A stretch of DNA of 61,553 bases, the filler included. It is 6 parts of 6 records of this genome, joined end to end, with 100 filler letters (N's around TTAATTAATTAA, not from the genome) between each part and the next. Parts side by side here need not be neighbours in the genome. Positions count along the whole stretch, not along the records: positions 1 to 19,978 come from SRR2962707_2388; 5 more parts are not named here. One strand, written 5' to 3'. Under the pieces are notes generated by a model. The model was not told the DNA's origin, did no database searches, and saw nothing but the letters and a program-made list of their open reading frames with translations. Shown here piece by piece: positions 1 to 12,357 of the stretch. The first letter of the stretch is position 1, and the number at the start of each line of letters is the position of its first letter. The translations under genes and the position numbers were made by a program.

Positions 1-134
1 GTACAAATAAACAGGGCTTTCTATTGACCCGATGAAAAAATATTAACACAGTAAGTAATTACATAGCAAGTTATATTTAAAGCTTTAGAGGGCAAAGCAC
101 TCAGTCGTAATATATTAAAGAGAAAATAGAACTA

Positions 135-506
135 TTAAGCTTCGTACATAACGTGCAATTTATTACCATCTAAATCTCGGCAGTAGGCACCGTAATAATC
201 TGGACGATAACGATACCCTGGTGCGCCTTCATCCACGCCGCCAAGCGCTAACGCCATTTGGTGAAAAGCCTCAACCTGATCATTACTCGACGCTTGAAAG
301 GTAACTTGCACGCCATTGCCGTACGACGCAGCTTGTTGATTAAACGGCGTTAATACCCAAAAGCAACTTAAGCCACCTATCACGCCGTAACCTATCTCCC
401 CCTCTACCGCCATCGTCTGAACCATATTAATGGTGCCTAATACAGCGTCATAAAAAGCACCCGCTTTTGCGAGATCATTCGTTCCGAGCGTAACACCTAA
501 CAGCAT
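135..506 (-). CDS. VOC/glyoxalase family protein
   Basis: 123 aa; TLGTNDL..A.AFYD N-terminus and YYGAYCRDLDGNKL C-terminal VOC motif. Confidence 0.85.
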   Translation of the reverse strand: MLLGVTLGTNDLAKAGAFYDAVLGTINMVQTMAVEGEIGYGVIGGLSCFWVLTPFNQQAASYGNGVQVTFQASSNDQVEAFHQMALALGGVDEGAPGYRYRPDYYGAYCRDLDGNKLHVMYEA

Positions 507-534
507 TGCGTAGTCCTCTATGAGTTGCGCTATG

Positions 535-565
535 AAAAAAGAAAGCCCCTTATAAAGGGGCTTTC
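535..565 (-). terminator. Intrinsic terminator of ssb
   Basis: GAAAGCCCCT/AGGGGCTTTC stem followed by a T-run on the minus strand, just past the ssb stop. Confidence 0.8.
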
Positions 566-596
566 AAGTTAACTCTACACGTTATGAATTCAGATA

Positions 597-1310
597 TCAG
601 AACGGGATATCATCATCGAAGTCATCAAAGTTTGGCGCTTGCTGAGGTTTTGGCTCAGGCGCTGGTGCACGCTGAGGAGCCGGCTGCTGTGGCGCACGTT
701 GCTGTGGCGCTGCTTGAGCAGGCGCTTGCTGTGGCGCATTACCCCAGCTACCAAAAGATTGAGGCTGAGCTTGCGGAGCCGCTTGTTGTGGTGCTTGCTG
801 AGCGGGCGCTTGGTTGTAGCCACCTTGTGGTTGATTAAAACCTTGCTGTGGCGCTTGTTGTGCCGGTGCTTGGTTATAACCACCTTGTTGTGGTGCGTTG
901 TTGCCGTAGCCACCTTGAGCAGATGAATCATAGCCGCCTTGCTGGCCGCCATTATTGTTATCGCCACGACCGTCAAGTAACTGCATTTCGTTCGCAACAA
1001 TCTCAGTGGTGTAACGCTTAATGCCGTCTTTTTCCCACTCACGTGTACGCAAAGAACCTTCTACGTAGACTTTTGAGCCTTTCTTGATGAAGTCACCTGC
1101 AATTTGACCCAAACGGAAATTACCGCGGTCCATAAAAGCCACTCGGTGCCACTCGGTACGTTCTTGCATTTGTCCGGTTTGCTTATCACGCCAGCTTTCT
1201 GATGTTGCTAGGTTAACGTTTGCAACCGCTGCACCCGATGGCATAAAACGCACTTCGGCATCATTGCCTGCGTTACCGATTAGGATAACTTTGTTAATTC
1301 CACGTGCCAT
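597..1310 (-). CDS. ssb: Single-stranded DNA-binding protein
   Basis: [15 protein letters not shown]-fold start with GGAG SD; acidic tip DFDDDIPF; start moved from 1322 to the ATG at 1310. Confidence 0.97.
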   Translation of the reverse strand: MARGINKVILIGNAGNDAEVRFMPSGAAVANVNLATSESWRDKQTGQMQERTEWHRVAFMDRGNFRLGQIAGDFIKKGSKVYVEGSLRTREWEKDGIKRYTTEIVANEMQLLDGRGDNNNGGQQGGYDSSAQGGYGNNAPQQGGYNQAPAQQAPQQGFNQPQGGYNQAPAQQAPQQAAPQAQPQSFGSWGNAPQQAPAQAAPQQRAPQQPAPQRAPAPEPKPQQAPNFDDFDDDIPF

Positions 1311-1343
1311 GACGCTCTCCAACTAAATAATTCATTGTCATCT

Positions 1344-2702
1344 TTAAAGATTCACTTGCGGCGCAAGGCGCTGCAATGTCTCTTTATCGAGTATTTTTTT
1401 GTCTACTTTAAGATAAGCGGTACGCTCATCTATAAAAATCTGCATGTCTTCCACCCCTTCCACATGGGAGAGCTGGTTTGCGAACGCAGTTATCGCTGCG
1501 TCATCGCCTTCTGGCAGGCTAAACGCCACGCTGCTCAGTTGTCGTATTGTAGGCTGGAATAAGCAGACTATCGACCACAAAAGCAATGCCAAACCAACGA
1601 CGAGGAATAAACTGTTGCTGGAGAAGTGCTGTAATAGCCAGCCACCACCAATACCACCAATGAAGGAACCTAAAAATTGATGAGTAGAGAAAACCCCCAT
1701 GGCCGTGCCGCGATAGCCAACAGGTGCTAACTTACTAATCAGAGAAGGTAAGGTTGCTTCTAAGGTATTGAAGCCAACAAAATAAGCCCATAGCAATAGC
1801 CCAAAAGCCCATAAGTATGGTGCCCATTGTAGCAACAAAGCACTGAAACCTAGTAATGCAACGACGCCAAAAACGACTTCTTTCATTTTGCCTTTGGCTT
1901 CTGCAATAATCACCAATGGTACCATACCCACAAAAGCAAAACCCATAATCGCTAGATACAACCAGCTATGGTGCGCCAATGGCAAACCGAATCGAGTGAT
2001 TAATAAATGCGGCACAGTCACAAACAAGGCTGTCAGGCTGGCGTGTAGCAAGAGCACGCTAATATTCAAAAAGCGTAACTTGCTGTCTTTGATAACTTTT
2101 CCTAGAGCGACCGCGCTTGGTGTCGTATCTCGTCGGAAGGTATGCTGTACCACATTTGGCACCATAAAGAGCACCAAAGCGATGCCTAAAAAAGAAAAGC
2201 CAAACGATAAATAGAAAAGCCCAGACAAGCCAATCAGGTCAAATATCCAAGGACCTAATACCAGTGACAGCATAAAGGAAGCGCCAATACTAATGCCGAC
2301 GGTCGCCATTGCTTTGGTTCGATTTTGCTCTCGCGTCACATCACTCAGAAGCGCCATTAAGGTACTAGCAATCGCCCCAGCGCCCTGTACGGCTCGACCA
2401 ATAATCAATACGCTAATATCGGTGGCGTTGGCACAAATCAAACTGCCTAAAGCAAACAGTAATAGACCAATGACAATCACACGTTTACGACCAATACGAT
2501 CGGACCACATGCCCATCGGAATCTGTAGACACGCTTGAGTAAAACCGTAAATGCCAATCGCAGTACCGATTAAGGCTGCATCGGATCCGGTTAAGCCATC
2601 CGCGGCAACACTAATCACTGGCATAATAAGAAAAAGGCCTAGCATTCTAAACAAGTAGACTGATGCTAAGGCGAGAACAGAACGACGTTCGAGTACATCC
2701 AT
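1344..2702 (-). CDS. MFS transporter (YajR-like)
   Basis: About 12 hydrophobic segments, motif A GMWSDRIGRKRV, C-terminal soluble domain; typical uvrA-MFS-ssb synteny; start 2702 or 2723. Confidence 0.85.
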   Translation of the reverse strand: MDVLERRSVLALASVYLFRMLGLFLIMPVISVAADGLTGSDAALIGTAIGIYGFTQACLQIPMGMWSDRIGRKRVIVIGLLLFALGSLICANATDISVLIIGRAVQGAGAIASTLMALLSDVTREQNRTKAMATVGISIGASFMLSLVLGPWIFDLIGLSGLFYLSFGFSFLGIALVLFMVPNVVQHTFRRDTTPSAVALGKVIKDSKLRFLNISVLLLHASLTALFVTVPHLLITRFGLPLAHHSWLYLAIMGFAFVGMVPLVIIAEAKGKMKEVVFGVVALLGFSALLLQWAPYLWAFGLLLWAYFVGFNTLEATLPSLISKLAPVGYRGTAMGVFSTHQFLGSFIGGIGGGWLLQHFSSNSLFLVVGLALLLWSIVCLFQPTIRQLSSVAFSLPEGDDAAITAFANQLSHVEGVEDMQIFIDERTAYLKVDKKILDKETLQRLAPQVNL

Positions 2703-2788
2703 AAGGAGATTACAACCACTCAACTTAGGGTTTAAAAAAGAAAGATGCCTATTTTACTTAAAATACCGTTGAAGCTCTATTTCAAGTA

Positions 2789-2804
2789 CTGTAAAAATAG
2801 ACAG
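2789..2804. promoter_or_regulatory. LexA (SOS) box upstream of uvrA
   Basis: CTGTAAAAATAGACAG matches CTG-N10-CAG (CTGT-N8-ACAG), 56 nt before the uvrA ATG. Confidence 0.85.
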
Positions 2805-2860
2805 TTATTCTACCGACAACGATGTAAAACTTCTGTTGCTAAAACACTATTTGGAGACAC

Positions 2861-5683
2861 ATGGATACCATCACCATACGCGGAGCTCGCACCCACAATT
2901 TAAAAAATGTGGACTTAGACATCCCCAGAGACAAACTCGTGGTGATCACAGGTTTATCAGGTTCGGGAAAGTCATCACTTGCTTTCGACACCTTATATGC
3001 AGAGGGTCAACGACGTTATGTAGAATCCCTCTCTACGTACGCTCGTCAATTCTTATCCATGATGGAAAAGCCAGATATAGACCATATTGAAGGGCTTTCT
3101 CCCGCGATCTCCATAGAACAGAAATCCACGTCACATAACCCACGCTCAACGGTGGGTACGATCACAGAAATCTATGACTACCTACGTCTACTGTTTGCGC
3201 GAGCTGGCCAACCACGCTGTCCTGATCATGGCGAGCCTCTTGAGGCGCAGACCATATCACAAATGGTGGATAAGATAATCTCCCTCCCTGAGGAAACTAA
3301 AATGATGTTGCTTGCACCGATCGTGAAAGATCGTAAAGGCGAGCACCTTCATATTCTTAGTGACTTGTTATCTAAGGGATTTATTCGCGCACGTATTGAC
3401 GGAATTGTGGTCGATTTAGACGATGCACCCACTTTAGAAAAAAATAAGAAACACACTATTGAGGTGGTTATTGACCGTTTTAAGGTTCGTAACGACCTAC
3501 AACTTCGCTTGGCAGAGTCCTTTGAAACCTGTCTTGCGCTCTCTGACGGCATTGCCAAAGTCATCAATATGGACGACGACAAAGACGTTCATATTTTCTC
3601 CAGTAAATTTGCTTGCCCTGTTTGTGGATACAGTTTAACGGAATTGGAACCTCGTCTATTTTCTTTTAACAACCCAAATGGCGCCTGCCAGACTTGTGAT
3701 GGTTTAGGCACGCACCAACTGTTCGATCCTGACCGAATCATCCAAGACGATACATTGACGCTGGCTGAAGGCGCTATTCGAGGTTGGGGACGACGTAGTA
3801 TTTTCTACTATCAACAACTGACCGCTCTCGCGAAACATTATGGGTTTGATGTCGAGGCGAAATTTAAAGACATCCCGGTCGAGTTCCAAAACAAGATTCT
3901 AAAAGGGTCAGGAAAAGACAAGATAGACTTTGTCTACATCAATGAACGCGGCGACAAGATGATACGCTCACATGCGTTTGAGGGGGTTTTGCCTAACCTT
4001 CAACGCCGCTACCACGAAACAGAGTCTGATAGCGTCAGAGAAGATCTTTCCCAATACATCAGCACTCAATCCTGTCCAGAGTGTCATGGTTCGCGACTTA
4101 ACCGCTCAGCAAGAAATGTCTTTATTAATGAGCAAACCTTGCCAGAGGTAGTGACCTACCCGATTGCAGAATGTCTTAGCTACTTTGAAGCGCTTGACCT
4201 ACCCGGTGCCCGTGGCGAAATCGCTTCCAAAATTTTGAAAGAGATTCGTGACCGACTTACCTTCTTAGTCAATGTTGGCTTAGATTATTTAACCCTAGAC
4301 CGCAAAGCAGATTCACTCTCTGGTGGAGAGGCTCAGCGTATCCGTCTCGCTAGCCAGATTGGCGCAGGCCTAGTTGGCGTTATGTATATTCTTGATGAAC
4401 CCTCTATAGGACTTCACCAACGAGATAATGAGCGTTTGATTGAAACTTTAACGCGCTTACGGGACCTCGGTAATACCGTCATTGTTGTGGAGCACGATGA
4501 AGATGCCATTCGAGTCGCTGACTTTGTGGTTGATATCGGCCCTGGCGCAGGTATTCACGGCGGCGAAGTCATTGTCAGCGGCACTCCGCAAGACGTAATG
4601 GATTGTAAGGAATCTATTACTGGGCAATTTTTGACGGGCAAACGCAAGATTGAGATTCCTGAAATAAGAAACAAAGCAAAAGATGGCCACTCGCTGAACC
4701 TGATTGGCGCAACAGGAAACAACTTGAACAGCGTAGACCTCAAGATTCCTGTTGGCATCATGACTTGCGTTACCGGCGTCTCTGGCTCAGGAAAATCGAC
4801 CTTAATTAATGGCACTCTGTATCCGTTGGCCTCAACGGCCTTAAATGGAGCCACCACACTCAAAGCAGCACCTCATGAGCGCATTGAAGGATTAGATCTA
4901 TTCGATAAGTGCGTAGACATAAACCAAAGCCCAATTGGCAGAACGCCACGCTCTAACCCAGCAACCTATACGGGTATATTTACCCCAATGCGTGAGCTGT
5001 TCGCCGCCACTCAGGAAGCGCGTTCTCGTGGTTATAAGCCAGGCCGGTTTAGTTTTAATGTTAAAGGCGGACGCTGTGAAGCTTGCCAAGGTGACGGGGT
5101 TATTAAGGTCGAAATGCACTTTTTACCGGATGTCTATGTGCCTTGTGATGTTTGTAAAGGTAAGCGCTATAACCGCGAAACATTAGAAATACACTATAAA
5201 GGCAAAAATATTCATCAGTGTTTAGACATGACCATTGAAGACGCCAGAGACTTCTTTGATGCCGTGCCATCCATTGCCCGTAAGCTGCAAACCTTGATCG
5301 ATGTAGGCTTGGGTTATATCAAACTGGGTCAAGCGGCAACGACGCTGTCTGGCGGTGAAGCACAACGGGTGAAGCTAGCCAAAGAGTTGTCTAAGCGCGA
5401 TACCGGGCAGACACTGTATATTCTTGATGAGCCGACGACTGGCTTACATTTTGCAGATATTGAGCAACTTCTAAAGGTACTGCATCGCTTACGAGACCAC
5501 GGCAATACCGTTGTCGTCATTGAACATAACCTAGACGTGATAAAAACCGCTGATTGGGTTGTTGACCTTGGTCCAGAAGGTGGCAGTGGTGGAGGCTATA
5601 TTATCGCTGAAGGGACGCCGGAAGAGGTGGCTGAATCCAGCAACTCGCATACCGGTCGCTTCTTAAAAGGGATGTTGGCTTAA
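2861..5683 (+). CDS. uvrA: Excinuclease ABC subunit A
   Basis: 940 aa; two ABC modules ([26 protein letters not shown] x2) and CxxC zinc fingers. Confidence 0.99.
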   Translation: MDTITIRGARTHNLKNVDLDIPRDKLVVITGLSGSGKSSLAFDTLYAEGQRRYVESLSTYARQFLSMMEKPDIDHIEGLSPAISIEQKSTSHNPRSTVGTITEIYDYLRLLFARAGQPRCPDHGEPLEAQTISQMVDKIISLPEETKMMLLAPIVKDRKGEHLHILSDLLSKGFIRARIDGIVVDLDDAPTLEKNKKHTIEVVIDRFKVRNDLQLRLAESFETCLALSDGIAKVINMDDDKDVHIFSSKFACPVCGYSLTELEPRLFSFNNPNGACQTCDGLGTHQLFDPDRIIQDDTLTLAEGAIRGWGRRSIFYYQQLTALAKHYGFDVEAKFKDIPVEFQNKILKGSGKDKIDFVYINERGDKMIRSHAFEGVLPNLQRRYHETESDSVREDLSQYISTQSCPECHGSRLNRSARNVFINEQTLPEVVTYPIAECLSYFEALDLPGARGEIASKILKEIRDRLTFLVNVGLDYLTLDRKADSLSGGEAQRIRLASQIGAGLVGVMYILDEPSIGLHQRDNERLIETLTRLRDLGNTVIVVEHDEDAIRVADFVVDIGPGAGIHGGEVIVSGTPQDVMDCKESITGQFLTGKRKIEIPEIRNKAKDGHSLNLIGATGNNLNSVDLKIPVGIMTCVTGVSGSGKSTLINGTLYPLASTALNGATTLKAAPHERIEGLDLFDKCVDINQSPIGRTPRSNPATYTGIFTPMRELFAATQEARSRGYKPGRFSFNVKGGRCEACQGDGVIKVEMHFLPDVYVPCDVCKGKRYNRETLEIHYKGKNIHQCLDMTIEDARDFFDAVPSIARKLQTLIDVGLGYIKLGQAATTLSGGEAQRVKLAKELSKRDTGQTLYILDEPTTGLHFADIEQLLKVLHRLRDHGNTVVVIEHNLDVIKTADWVVDLGPEGGSGGGYIIAEGTPEEVAESSNSHTGRFLKGMLA

Positions 5684-5725
5684 TACTAAATGGCATGGGG
5701 TGCGCTAACTGGCGCCCTATTTCAT

Positions 5726-5751
5726 AAAAAGCGGCTAAGCCGCTTTTTTTT
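5726..5751 (+). terminator. Intrinsic terminator after uvrA (bidirectional type)
   Basis: AAAAAGCGGC-TAA-GCCGCTTTTTTTT. Confidence 0.8.
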
Positions 5752-5769
5752 GAGACAAATTTTAGGCAC

Positions 5770-5802
5770 AAAAAAAGCCGAGCTTATTAGCTCGGCTTTT
5801 TT
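5770..5802 (-). terminator. Intrinsic terminator after rplQ (end of alpha operon)
   Basis: A7-GCCGAGCT-TATT-AGCTCGGC-T6 hairpin. Confidence 0.85.
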
Positions 5803-5816
5803 GTTACAAACTGATG

Positions 5817-6194
5817 TTACTCAGCTGCTTCCGCAACTGGTCTGTCGACCAATTCAACGTAAGCCATAGGTGCGTTATCACCTGCACGGAAGCCACATTT
5901 TAAAATGCGAACATAACCGCCAGGACGAGCTTGGTAACGAGGACCAAGTTCTGAGAACAATTTACCTACTGCATCTTTGCTACGAGTACGAGCAAAGGCA
6001 AGGCGACGATTCGCAACGGAATCTTCTTTCGCCAATGTGATCAAAGGCTCTGCAACACGGCGAAGTTCTTTGGCTTTCGGCAACGTAGTTTTAATAACTT
6101 CGTGTTCGAACAAAGAAGCAGCCATATTCTTGAACATCGCTTTGCGATGAGAGCTAGTACGGTTTAAGTGACGTCCACTCTTACGATGACGCAT
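5817..6194 (-). CDS. rplQ: 50S ribosomal protein L17
   Basis: [20 protein letters not shown]. Confidence 0.99.
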   Translation of the reverse strand: MRHRKSGRHLNRTSSHRKAMFKNMAASLFEHEVIKTTLPKAKELRRVAEPLITLAKEDSVANRRLAFARTRSKDAVGKLFSELGPRYQARPGGYVRILKCGFRAGDNAPMAYVELVDRPVAEAAE

Positions 6195-6236
6195 TTTACA
6201 TTCCTTACCAAACTACGGTGGTCAGGGAACAATGAC

Positions 6237-7241
6237 CTAGCGAGCTAGAACTTTGCTATCGTCTTTCAAACTAGCTGGTGGCCAGTTTTCTAGACGCATT
6301 CCCAAAGACAAACCACGCTGTGCTAAAACATCTTTGATTTCAGTTAACGACTTTTTACCTAGGTTAGGCGTCTTAAGAAGCTCAACCTCAGTACGTTGAA
6401 TCAAATCACCGATGTAATAAATGTTCTCTGCTTTCAAACAGTTAGCACTGCGAACGGTCAACTCAAGATCATCAACCGGGCGTAGCAAAATTGGATCAAT
6501 CTCATCCTCTTCTTCAACTACAGGCGCTTCACTCTCACTTTCAAGAGCAACAAAGACTGCGATCTGTTGTTGTAGAATAGTCGCTGCGCGACGGATAGCT
6601 TCTTCAGGGTCGATAGTACCGTTTGACTCGATATCTAAAACTAGCTTATCAAGGTCAGTACGTTGCTCTACACGAGCATTATCAACACTGTAGGCTACAC
6701 GGCGAACAGGGCTGAATGAGGCATCCAGTTGCAAGCGACCGATAGGACGAGTCTCATCATCGCTAGCAACACGAGCGTCAGCAGGCTCATAACCACGACC
6801 ACGAGCCACTTTGATCTGCATAGAAAGTTCAGCAGTATCGTCCAAGTGTGCAATTACATGGTCAGGGTTAGCGATCTCTGCATCAGCAACTAACTGGATA
6901 TCACCAGCCGTTACGATACCAGGACCTTTTTTACTTAGAGTAAGAGTTGCTTCATCTTGCCCGTGTAGAGCGATCGCAACTCCTTTCAGGTTAAGAAGAA
7001 TTTCAATGACATCTTCTTTAACCCCTTCAATTGCGCTGTATTCATGCAATACACCGTCGATTTCAACTTCAACAATTGCACAACCAGGCATTGAAGACAG
7101 TAGAATTCGGCGCAACGCATTACCTAAAGTGTGACCAAAACCACGTTCTAGTGGTTGAAGCGTCACTTTAGCTCGCGTTTTACCCAATTCCTGAACTTCA
7201 ATGTTGCGTGGGGTTAACAATTCGCTCACTGAACGCTGCAT
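6237..7241 (-). CDS. rpoA: RNA polymerase alpha subunit
   Basis: [15 protein letters not shown]; alpha-[13 protein letters not shown]. Confidence 0.99.
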   Translation of the reverse strand: MQRSVSELLTPRNIEVQELGKTRAKVTLQPLERGFGHTLGNALRRILLSSMPGCAIVEVEIDGVLHEYSAIEGVKEDVIEILLNLKGVAIALHGQDEATLTLSKKGPGIVTAGDIQLVADAEIANPDHVIAHLDDTAELSMQIKVARGRGYEPADARVASDDETRPIGRLQLDASFSPVRRVAYSVDNARVEQRTDLDKLVLDIESNGTIDPEEAIRRAATILQQQIAVFVALESESEAPVVEEEDEIDPILLRPVDDLELTVRSANCLKAENIYYIGDLIQRTEVELLKTPNLGKKSLTEIKDVLAQRGLSLGMRLENWPPASLKDDSKVLAR

Positions 7242-7274
7242 AGATCCACCTATTTCTTAATCCTAATCACCGAC

Positions 7275-7895
7275 TTACTTAGAGTAAAGTTCGACAATTA
7301 GGTTCTCATTAATTTCAGCTGATAAATCGGCACGTTCTGGAGCAGCTTTATAAGTTGCTTCCAGTTTAGTTGTATCAACTTCGATCCAATGGATCGACGT
7401 ACGATTTTTAGATAGCTCTAGTGCGCTTTGAATACGCAATTGCTTCTTAGCTTTTTCACGGATAGACACAACATCACCAGCTTTAACTTGGTAAGATGGA
7501 ATGTTAACCGTTGCGCCGTTTACTAGAATGCCTTTATGGCCTACTAGTTGGCGAGCTTCCGCACGTGTAGAACCAAAACCTGCGCGGTATACAACGTTAT
7601 CTAAACGAGATTCTAAAAGTTGCAGAAGGTTTTCACCAGTAGCACCCTTTAGACGAGCAGCAGATTTGTAGTAGTTACGGAATTGTTTTTCAAGAACACC
7701 GTACATACGACGTACTTTTTGTTTCTCACGTAATTGTAAGCCGTAATCAGAAAGACGTCCGCGACGTGCGCCATGCACACCAGGAACAGTTTCTGCTTTA
7801 CATTTCGACTCAAGAGCGCGTGAACCGCTCTTCAATTGCAAGTCGGTACCTTCACGACGAGACAACTTACAAGTTGGACCTATATAACGAGCCAT
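7275..7895 (-). CDS. rpsD: 30S ribosomal protein S4
   Basis: MARYIGP...[11 protein letters not shown]...VELYSK. Confidence 0.99.
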   Translation of the reverse strand: MARYIGPTCKLSRREGTDLQLKSGSRALESKCKAETVPGVHGARRGRLSDYGLQLREKQKVRRMYGVLEKQFRNYYKSAARLKGATGENLLQLLESRLDNVVYRAGFGSTRAEARQLVGHKGILVNGATVNIPSYQVKAGDVVSIREKAKKQLRIQSALELSKNRTSIHWIEVDTTKLEATYKAAPERADLSAEINENLIVELYSK

Positions 7896-7911
7896 GTATC
7901 TGTCTCCTCAG

Positions 7912-8304
7912 TTAAACGCGACGTTTCTTAGGTGGACGGCAACCGTTGTGCGGGATTGGCGTCACATCTGTGATGTTATTAATACGCAAGCCCAATGCAT
8001 TCAATGCACGAACTGCGGACTCACGACCAGGACCAGGGCCCTTGATCATTACGTCGACGTTTTTAAGGCCAAATTCTTGTGCGACAGTACCGGCACGTTC
8101 CGCTGCTACTTGAGCTGCGAATGGTGTACTTTTACGAGATCCGCGAAAACCAGAACCACCTGCCGTAGCCCAAGACAAAGCATTGCCCTGGCGGTCGGTG
8201 ATAGTCACGATCGTATTGTTGAATGAAGCGTGTACATGAGCAACACCATCAACAACCGTCTTTTTGACTTTTTTCTTGGTATTGCGCGTAGCTGGCTTAG
8301 CCAT
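7912..8304 (-). CDS. rpsK: 30S ribosomal protein S11
   Basis: HASFNNTIV...[13 protein letters not shown]. Confidence 0.99.
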
Positions 8305-8369
8305 ATTGCACTTTCCTATTTAATGCTCAGCTCTAGTGGACTTAGCAACTAGAGCGAAACGCGTTTATA

Positions 8370-8726
8370 TTACTTACGAATAGGCTTACGAGGGCCTTTA
8401 CGTGTACGAGCGTTCGTTTTGGTACGTTGACCACGAACAGGTAGACTGCGGCGATGGCGAATACCACGATTACAGCCAAGATCCATCAAGCGTTTGATAG
8501 ACATGCTGACTTCACGGCGTAGATCACCTTCTACAGTATACTTAGCAACTTCGCCACGAAGTTCATCAAGGATATCATCACTCAAAGAACCAATTTTCGT
8601 AGTTTCTGCAACACCTGACGCGGCGCAAATTGCGCGCGAACGTGTGCGACCAATTCCGAAGATGTAAGTCAGAGAAATGACCGCATGTTTATTGTCAGGA
8701 ATATTGACACCGGCTATACGAGCCAT
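8370..8726 (-). CDS. rpsM: 30S ribosomal protein S13
   Basis: [10 protein letters not shown]...[14 protein letters not shown]. Confidence 0.99.
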   Translation of the reverse strand: MARIAGVNIPDNKHAVISLTYIFGIGRTRSRAICAASGVAETTKIGSLSDDILDELRGEVAKYTVEGDLRREVSMSIKRLMDLGCNRGIRHRRSLPVRGQRTKTNARTRKGPRKPIRK

Positions 8727-8789
8727 TCAATTCACTCCGTTGTTATGGACGATATCTAAATCATCACTTTACTTTCATGAGGGCGGCTG

Positions 8790-8818
8790 ATTATGCCTAT
8801 CTTTAGGCGAAAAATCAA
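8790..8818 (-). promoter_or_regulatory. Sigma70-like alpha-operon promoter
   Basis: Minus strand TTGATT-17 nt-CATAAT followed by GC-rich CAGCCGCC, upstream of rpsM. Confidence 0.7.
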
Positions 8819-8850
8819 CCACCCTACCCTATCATCGAACGAACTTGCAA

Positions 8851-8964
8851 TTAACCTTGACGCTGTTTGTGTCGAGGCTCAGTGCAAATCACTCGAACTG
8901 CACCGTTACGACGAACGATTTTACAGTTACGACAGATTTTCTTTACAGATGCACGTACTTTCAT
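8851..8964 (-). CDS. rpmJ: 50S ribosomal protein L36 (zinc-binding type); below the ORF-track size cutoff
   Basis: Manual translation [43 protein letters not shown]; lies between secY and rpsM. Confidence 0.97.
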   Translation of the reverse strand: MKVRASVKKICRNCKIVRRNGAVRVICTEPRHKQRQG

Positions 8965-8982
8965 GTTCAACTCCAACCTATG

Positions 8983-10314
8983 CTAACGCATTAGGCCATT
9001 TGGACCATAACCAGTCAGATTAGATTTCTTCATTAACGACTCGTATTGATGACTCATTAAGTGACTTTGCACTTGCGACATAAAGTCCATGACAACCACC
9101 ACTACGATCAACATAGAGGTACCGCCAAAGTAGAATGGAACATTCCACGCAACAACAAAGAACTGAGGCATCAGCGACACTAAAGTGATGTATAAAGCAC
9201 CAAATAGAGTCAAACGAGTCATTACACCATCAATATATCGAGCTGTATGATCGCCTGGACGAATACCCGGCAAAAAAGCACCGGATTTTTTTAAGTTATC
9301 TGCCACATCTTTAGGGTTGAACACCAGCGCTGTATAGAAGAAGCAAAAGAAAACAATTGCGATTGCAAACAACAGCACATATAGAGGTTGTCCAGGAGCT
9401 AGAGCCAAAGAGATATTTTGCAACCATTCCATACCTTGCCCTTGACCAAACCATTGGCCAATAGACGCTGGAAACAGAAGGATACTAGAAGCGAAGATTG
9501 GTGGGATAACACCCGCCATATTCACTTTAAGAGGCAAATGACTCTTTTGTGCGGCAAACACCTTATTACCTTGCTGACGCTTCGCGTAATTGACTGTAAT
9601 TCTACGTTGACCACGTTCGATGAAAACAACGAGCGCGATTGTCGCAACAGCTAATACACCAATAACCAACAGAGCAAGAATATTTATATCGCCTTGACGA
9701 GCCGATTCAAATGAACGACCTAGAGCAGATGGCAAACCAGCAACGATACCGGAGAAGATGATAATGGAAATACCATTACCAATTCCTTTTTCAGTCACTT
9801 GCTCACCTAGCCACATCAAGAACACCGTACCAGCAACGAGAGTCACAACGGCGACGCCGTAGAACTCAATACCATTACTGAACGAAATGCCCTGACTCGC
9901 TAAGCCGACTGCCATAGAGGCAGACTGAACAAGCGCTAACAGTACAGTGCCGTAGCGAGTGTATTGAGTAATCTTACGACGACCCGCCTCACCCTCTTTC
10001 TTCAACTGTTCTAGCTGCGGACTCACAACCGTTAATAACTGCATAATAATAGAGGCAGAAATATAGGGCAGAATCCCAAGCGCAAAAATACTCATACGCT
10101 CGAGTGCGCCCCCTGAGAATACGTTAAATAAACTCAGAATTGTGCCTTCATTTTGATTAAACAGGGCAGACAATCTATCTGGGTTAATACCCGGAACAGG
10201 GATGTGTGCACCAATTCGGTATACAATAATTGCTAAGAATACAAAGCGGATACGCGACCAAAGTTCGCCTAATCCATTTTGTACACCAGCTGGTAGTGAG
10301 CCACGCTTTGCCAT
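8983..10314 (-). CDS. secY: Preprotein translocase subunit SecY
   Basis: [30 protein letters not shown]. Confidence 0.99.
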   Translation of the reverse strand: MAKRGSLPAGVQNGLGELWSRIRFVFLAIIVYRIGAHIPVPGINPDRLSALFNQNEGTILSLFNVFSGGALERMSIFALGILPYISASIIMQLLTVVSPQLEQLKKEGEAGRRKITQYTRYGTVLLALVQSASMAVGLASQGISFSNGIEFYGVAVVTLVAGTVFLMWLGEQVTEKGIGNGISIIIFSGIVAGLPSALGRSFESARQGDINILALLVIGVLAVATIALVVFIERGQRRITVNYAKRQQGNKVFAAQKSHLPLKVNMAGVIPPIFASSILLFPASIGQWFGQGQGMEWLQNISLALAPGQPLYVLLFAIAIVFFCFFYTALVFNPKDVADNLKKSGAFLPGIRPGDHTARYIDGVMTRLTLFGALYITLVSLMPQFFVVAWNVPFYFGGTSMLIVVVVVMDFMSQVQSHLMSHQYESLMKKSNLTGYGPNGLMR

Positions 10315-10749
10315 TTATTCCTCGACTTTTCCGCCGGCAGCTTCAATAGCAGCACGAGCACCTTTAGTCACTTTAAGACCACGAACGGTAACGGCTTTGT
10401 CGATAGAACCAGACAAAATTACACGTGCTGTCTTAATTTGATGACCAAGAATGTCGGCGCTTTTAAGAGCAGCCAAATCTACAACTTCAGCATTTACAGC
10501 AGCAAGTTCGTTTAAACGAACTTCAGCAACATACTTTGCCTGACGTGAAGTAAAACCAAATTTTGGCAGACGACGCTGCAATGGCATTTGACCGCCTTCA
10601 AAACCAGGTTTTACTGAGCCACCAGAGCGAGACTTAAGACCTTTATGGCCACGTCCGCCTGTTTTGCCCAAGCCGCTACCAATACCGCGACCGACACGTT
10701 TCGGAGCATGTTTGCTACCTTCGCCAGGACGAAGCGTATTTAAGAACAT
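10315..10749 (-). CDS. rplO: 50S ribosomal protein L15
   Basis: RVGRGIGSG...FEGGQMPL. Confidence 0.99.
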   Translation of the reverse strand: MFLNTLRPGEGSKHAPKRVGRGIGSGLGKTGGRGHKGLKSRSGGSVKPGFEGGQMPLQRRLPKFGFTSRQAKYVAEVRLNELAAVNAEVVDLAALKSADILGHQIKTARVILSGSIDKAVTVRGLKVTKGARAAIEAAGGKVEE

Positions 10750-10750
10750 G

Positions 10751-10936
10751 TTATTCTCCTACTACTTTAACCATGTAATAAACTTTATTAACCATACCAC
10801 GTACTGCTGGAGTATCTTCCAGCTCACGTGTTTGGCCAACTTTACGCAAACCCAAGCCTTTAACTGTTTCACGGTGCTTTGGAAGACGACCGATCGGGCT
10901 ACGGGTTAGTTGAACTGTGATGGTATTATTCGCCAT
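10751..10936 (-). CDS. rpmD: 50S ribosomal protein L30
   Basis: RSPIGR...GLGLRK...DTPAVRGM. Confidence 0.98.
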   Translation of the reverse strand: MANNTITVQLTRSPIGRLPKHRETVKGLGLRKVGQTRELEDTPAVRGMVNKVYYMVKVVGE

Positions 10937-10942
10937 AACACA

Positions 10943-11443
10943 TTACCCCAAAATTTGATCGACTGACTTACCGCGTTTAGCCGCGATTTGCTCAGGTGCT
11001 TTCATATCTTGCAAACCTTTGATCGTAGCGCGAACTACGTTTACTGGGTTTGTAGATCCGTAACATTTTGCCAATACGTTGTGTACGCCTGCAATTTCAA
11101 GAACTGCACGCATAGCACCACCGGCAATGATACCAGTACCTTGAGAAGCTGGTTGCATGTAAACTTTAGAAGCTCCATGAACTGCTTTAACTGGATACTG
11201 TAAAGTATCACCGTCAAGTTTAACTGAAACCATGTTGCGACGAGCTTGTTCCATCGCTTTTTGGATAGCTTGAGGGACTTCACGCGCTTTACCGCGACCG
11301 AAGCCAACCTTACCATTTCCATCACCAACGACTGTCAAAGCAGTGAAAGAGAAGATACGACCACCCTTCACAACTTTAGCAACGCGGTTTACTTGAACTA
11401 GCTTCTCTTGGAGGTCGCTAGTTTGTTGATCATTAACTGCCAT
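10943..11443 (-). CDS. rpsE: 30S ribosomal protein S5
   Basis: [16 protein letters not shown]. Confidence 0.99.
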   Translation of the reverse strand: MAVNDQQTSDLQEKLVQVNRVAKVVKGGRIFSFTALTVVGDGNGKVGFGRGKAREVPQAIQKAMEQARRNMVSVKLDGDTLQYPVKAVHGASKVYMQPASQGTGIIAGGAMRAVLEIAGVHNVLAKCYGSTNPVNVVRATIKGLQDMKAPEQIAAKRGKSVDQILG

Positions 11444-11454
11444 TTGCTACCCCT

Positions 11455-11805
11455 TTAGAACTCTAGACCGGCTTCACGTGCTGCGTCAGCAAGAGCTTGA
11501 ACGCGGCCATGGTATTTGAAGCCAGAACGGTCAAAAGCGACCGAAGTGACACCTGCTTCTTTAGCGCGTGTAGCAATCAAAGTACCGACTTGTTGAGCCG
11601 CTGCCTTGTTGCCAGTCGCTGTAGCACGTAGAGTTTCTTCCAGAGTAGAAGCACTAGCTAGTACTTTGCTACCGCAAGGAGAAATCACTTGAGCATACAT
11701 ATGACGTGGCGTGCGATGTACAGTAAGACGATTCGCACCTAGCTCACGAATATGTAGGCGCGCACGGCGTGCACGACGAATTCGAGATTGTTTCTTAGTG
11801 TTCAT
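11455..11805 (-). CDS. rplR: 50S ribosomal protein L18
   Basis: [26 protein letters not shown]. Confidence 0.99.
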   Translation of the reverse strand: MNTKKQSRIRRARRARLHIRELGANRLTVHRTPRHMYAQVISPCGSKVLASASTLEETLRATATGNKAAAQQVGTLIATRAKEAGVTSVAFDRSGFKYHGRVQALADAAREAGLEF

Positions 11806-11815
11806 GAATGCTTAC

Positions 11816-12349
11816 CTACTTCTTCTTAGCTTCTTTACGACGAACATTTTCGTCAGCATAGCGAACACCTTTGCCTTTATATGGCTCTGGTGGACGGAAA
11901 CCGCGAACTTCTGCAGCGACTTGACCAACGGCTTGCTTATCAATGCCTCTGATCACGACTTCTGTCTGTGAAGCACATTCAGCTGTAATGCCTTCAGGTA
12001 GTTCATAATCTACTGGGTGTGAAAAACCCAAAGATAGGTTAAGTACTTTGCCTTTAAGCGCAGCACGGTAACCAACACCTTGAAGAAGCAATCTTTTCTC
12101 AAAACCTTGGCTAACACCAACAACCATGTTGTTAACCAAAGCGCGAGTAGTACCAGCTAAGGCACGGCTTTGTTTTGCACTATCGCGGGCAGCGAAAGTG
12201 ATAACATTTTCTTCTTTAGACACAATAACGCTTGTGTGAACAGTAAACTCTAATGAACCTTTGCCGCCTTTTACAACAACATTTTGGCCATTTAGGGTTA
12301 AATCTACACCACTAGGAAGCGTCACGGGACTATTAGCAACTCGAGACAT
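11816..12349 (-). CDS. rplF: 50S ribosomal protein L6
   Basis: [13 protein letters not shown]. Confidence 0.99.
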   Translation of the reverse strand: MSRVANSPVTLPSGVDLTLNGQNVVVKGGKGSLEFTVHTSVIVSKEENVITFAARDSAKQSRALAGTTRALVNNMVVGVSQGFEKRLLLQGVGYRAALKGKVLNLSLGFSHPVDYELPEGITAECASQTEVVIRGIDKQAVGQVAAEVRGFRPPEPYKGKGVRYADENVRRKEAKKK

Positions 12350-12357
12350 ACTAACTC

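Noticed and set aside
590-1042. Alternative-frame ORFs over the ssb linker
   Set aside because: By-products of the low-complexity CAA/GCA/CCA repeats, which lack stops
8330-8355. Hairpin GCTCTAGT/ACTAGAGC between rpsM and rpsK
   Set aside because: 8-bp stem without a U-tract or other support; not distinguishable from an ordinary stabilising hairpin
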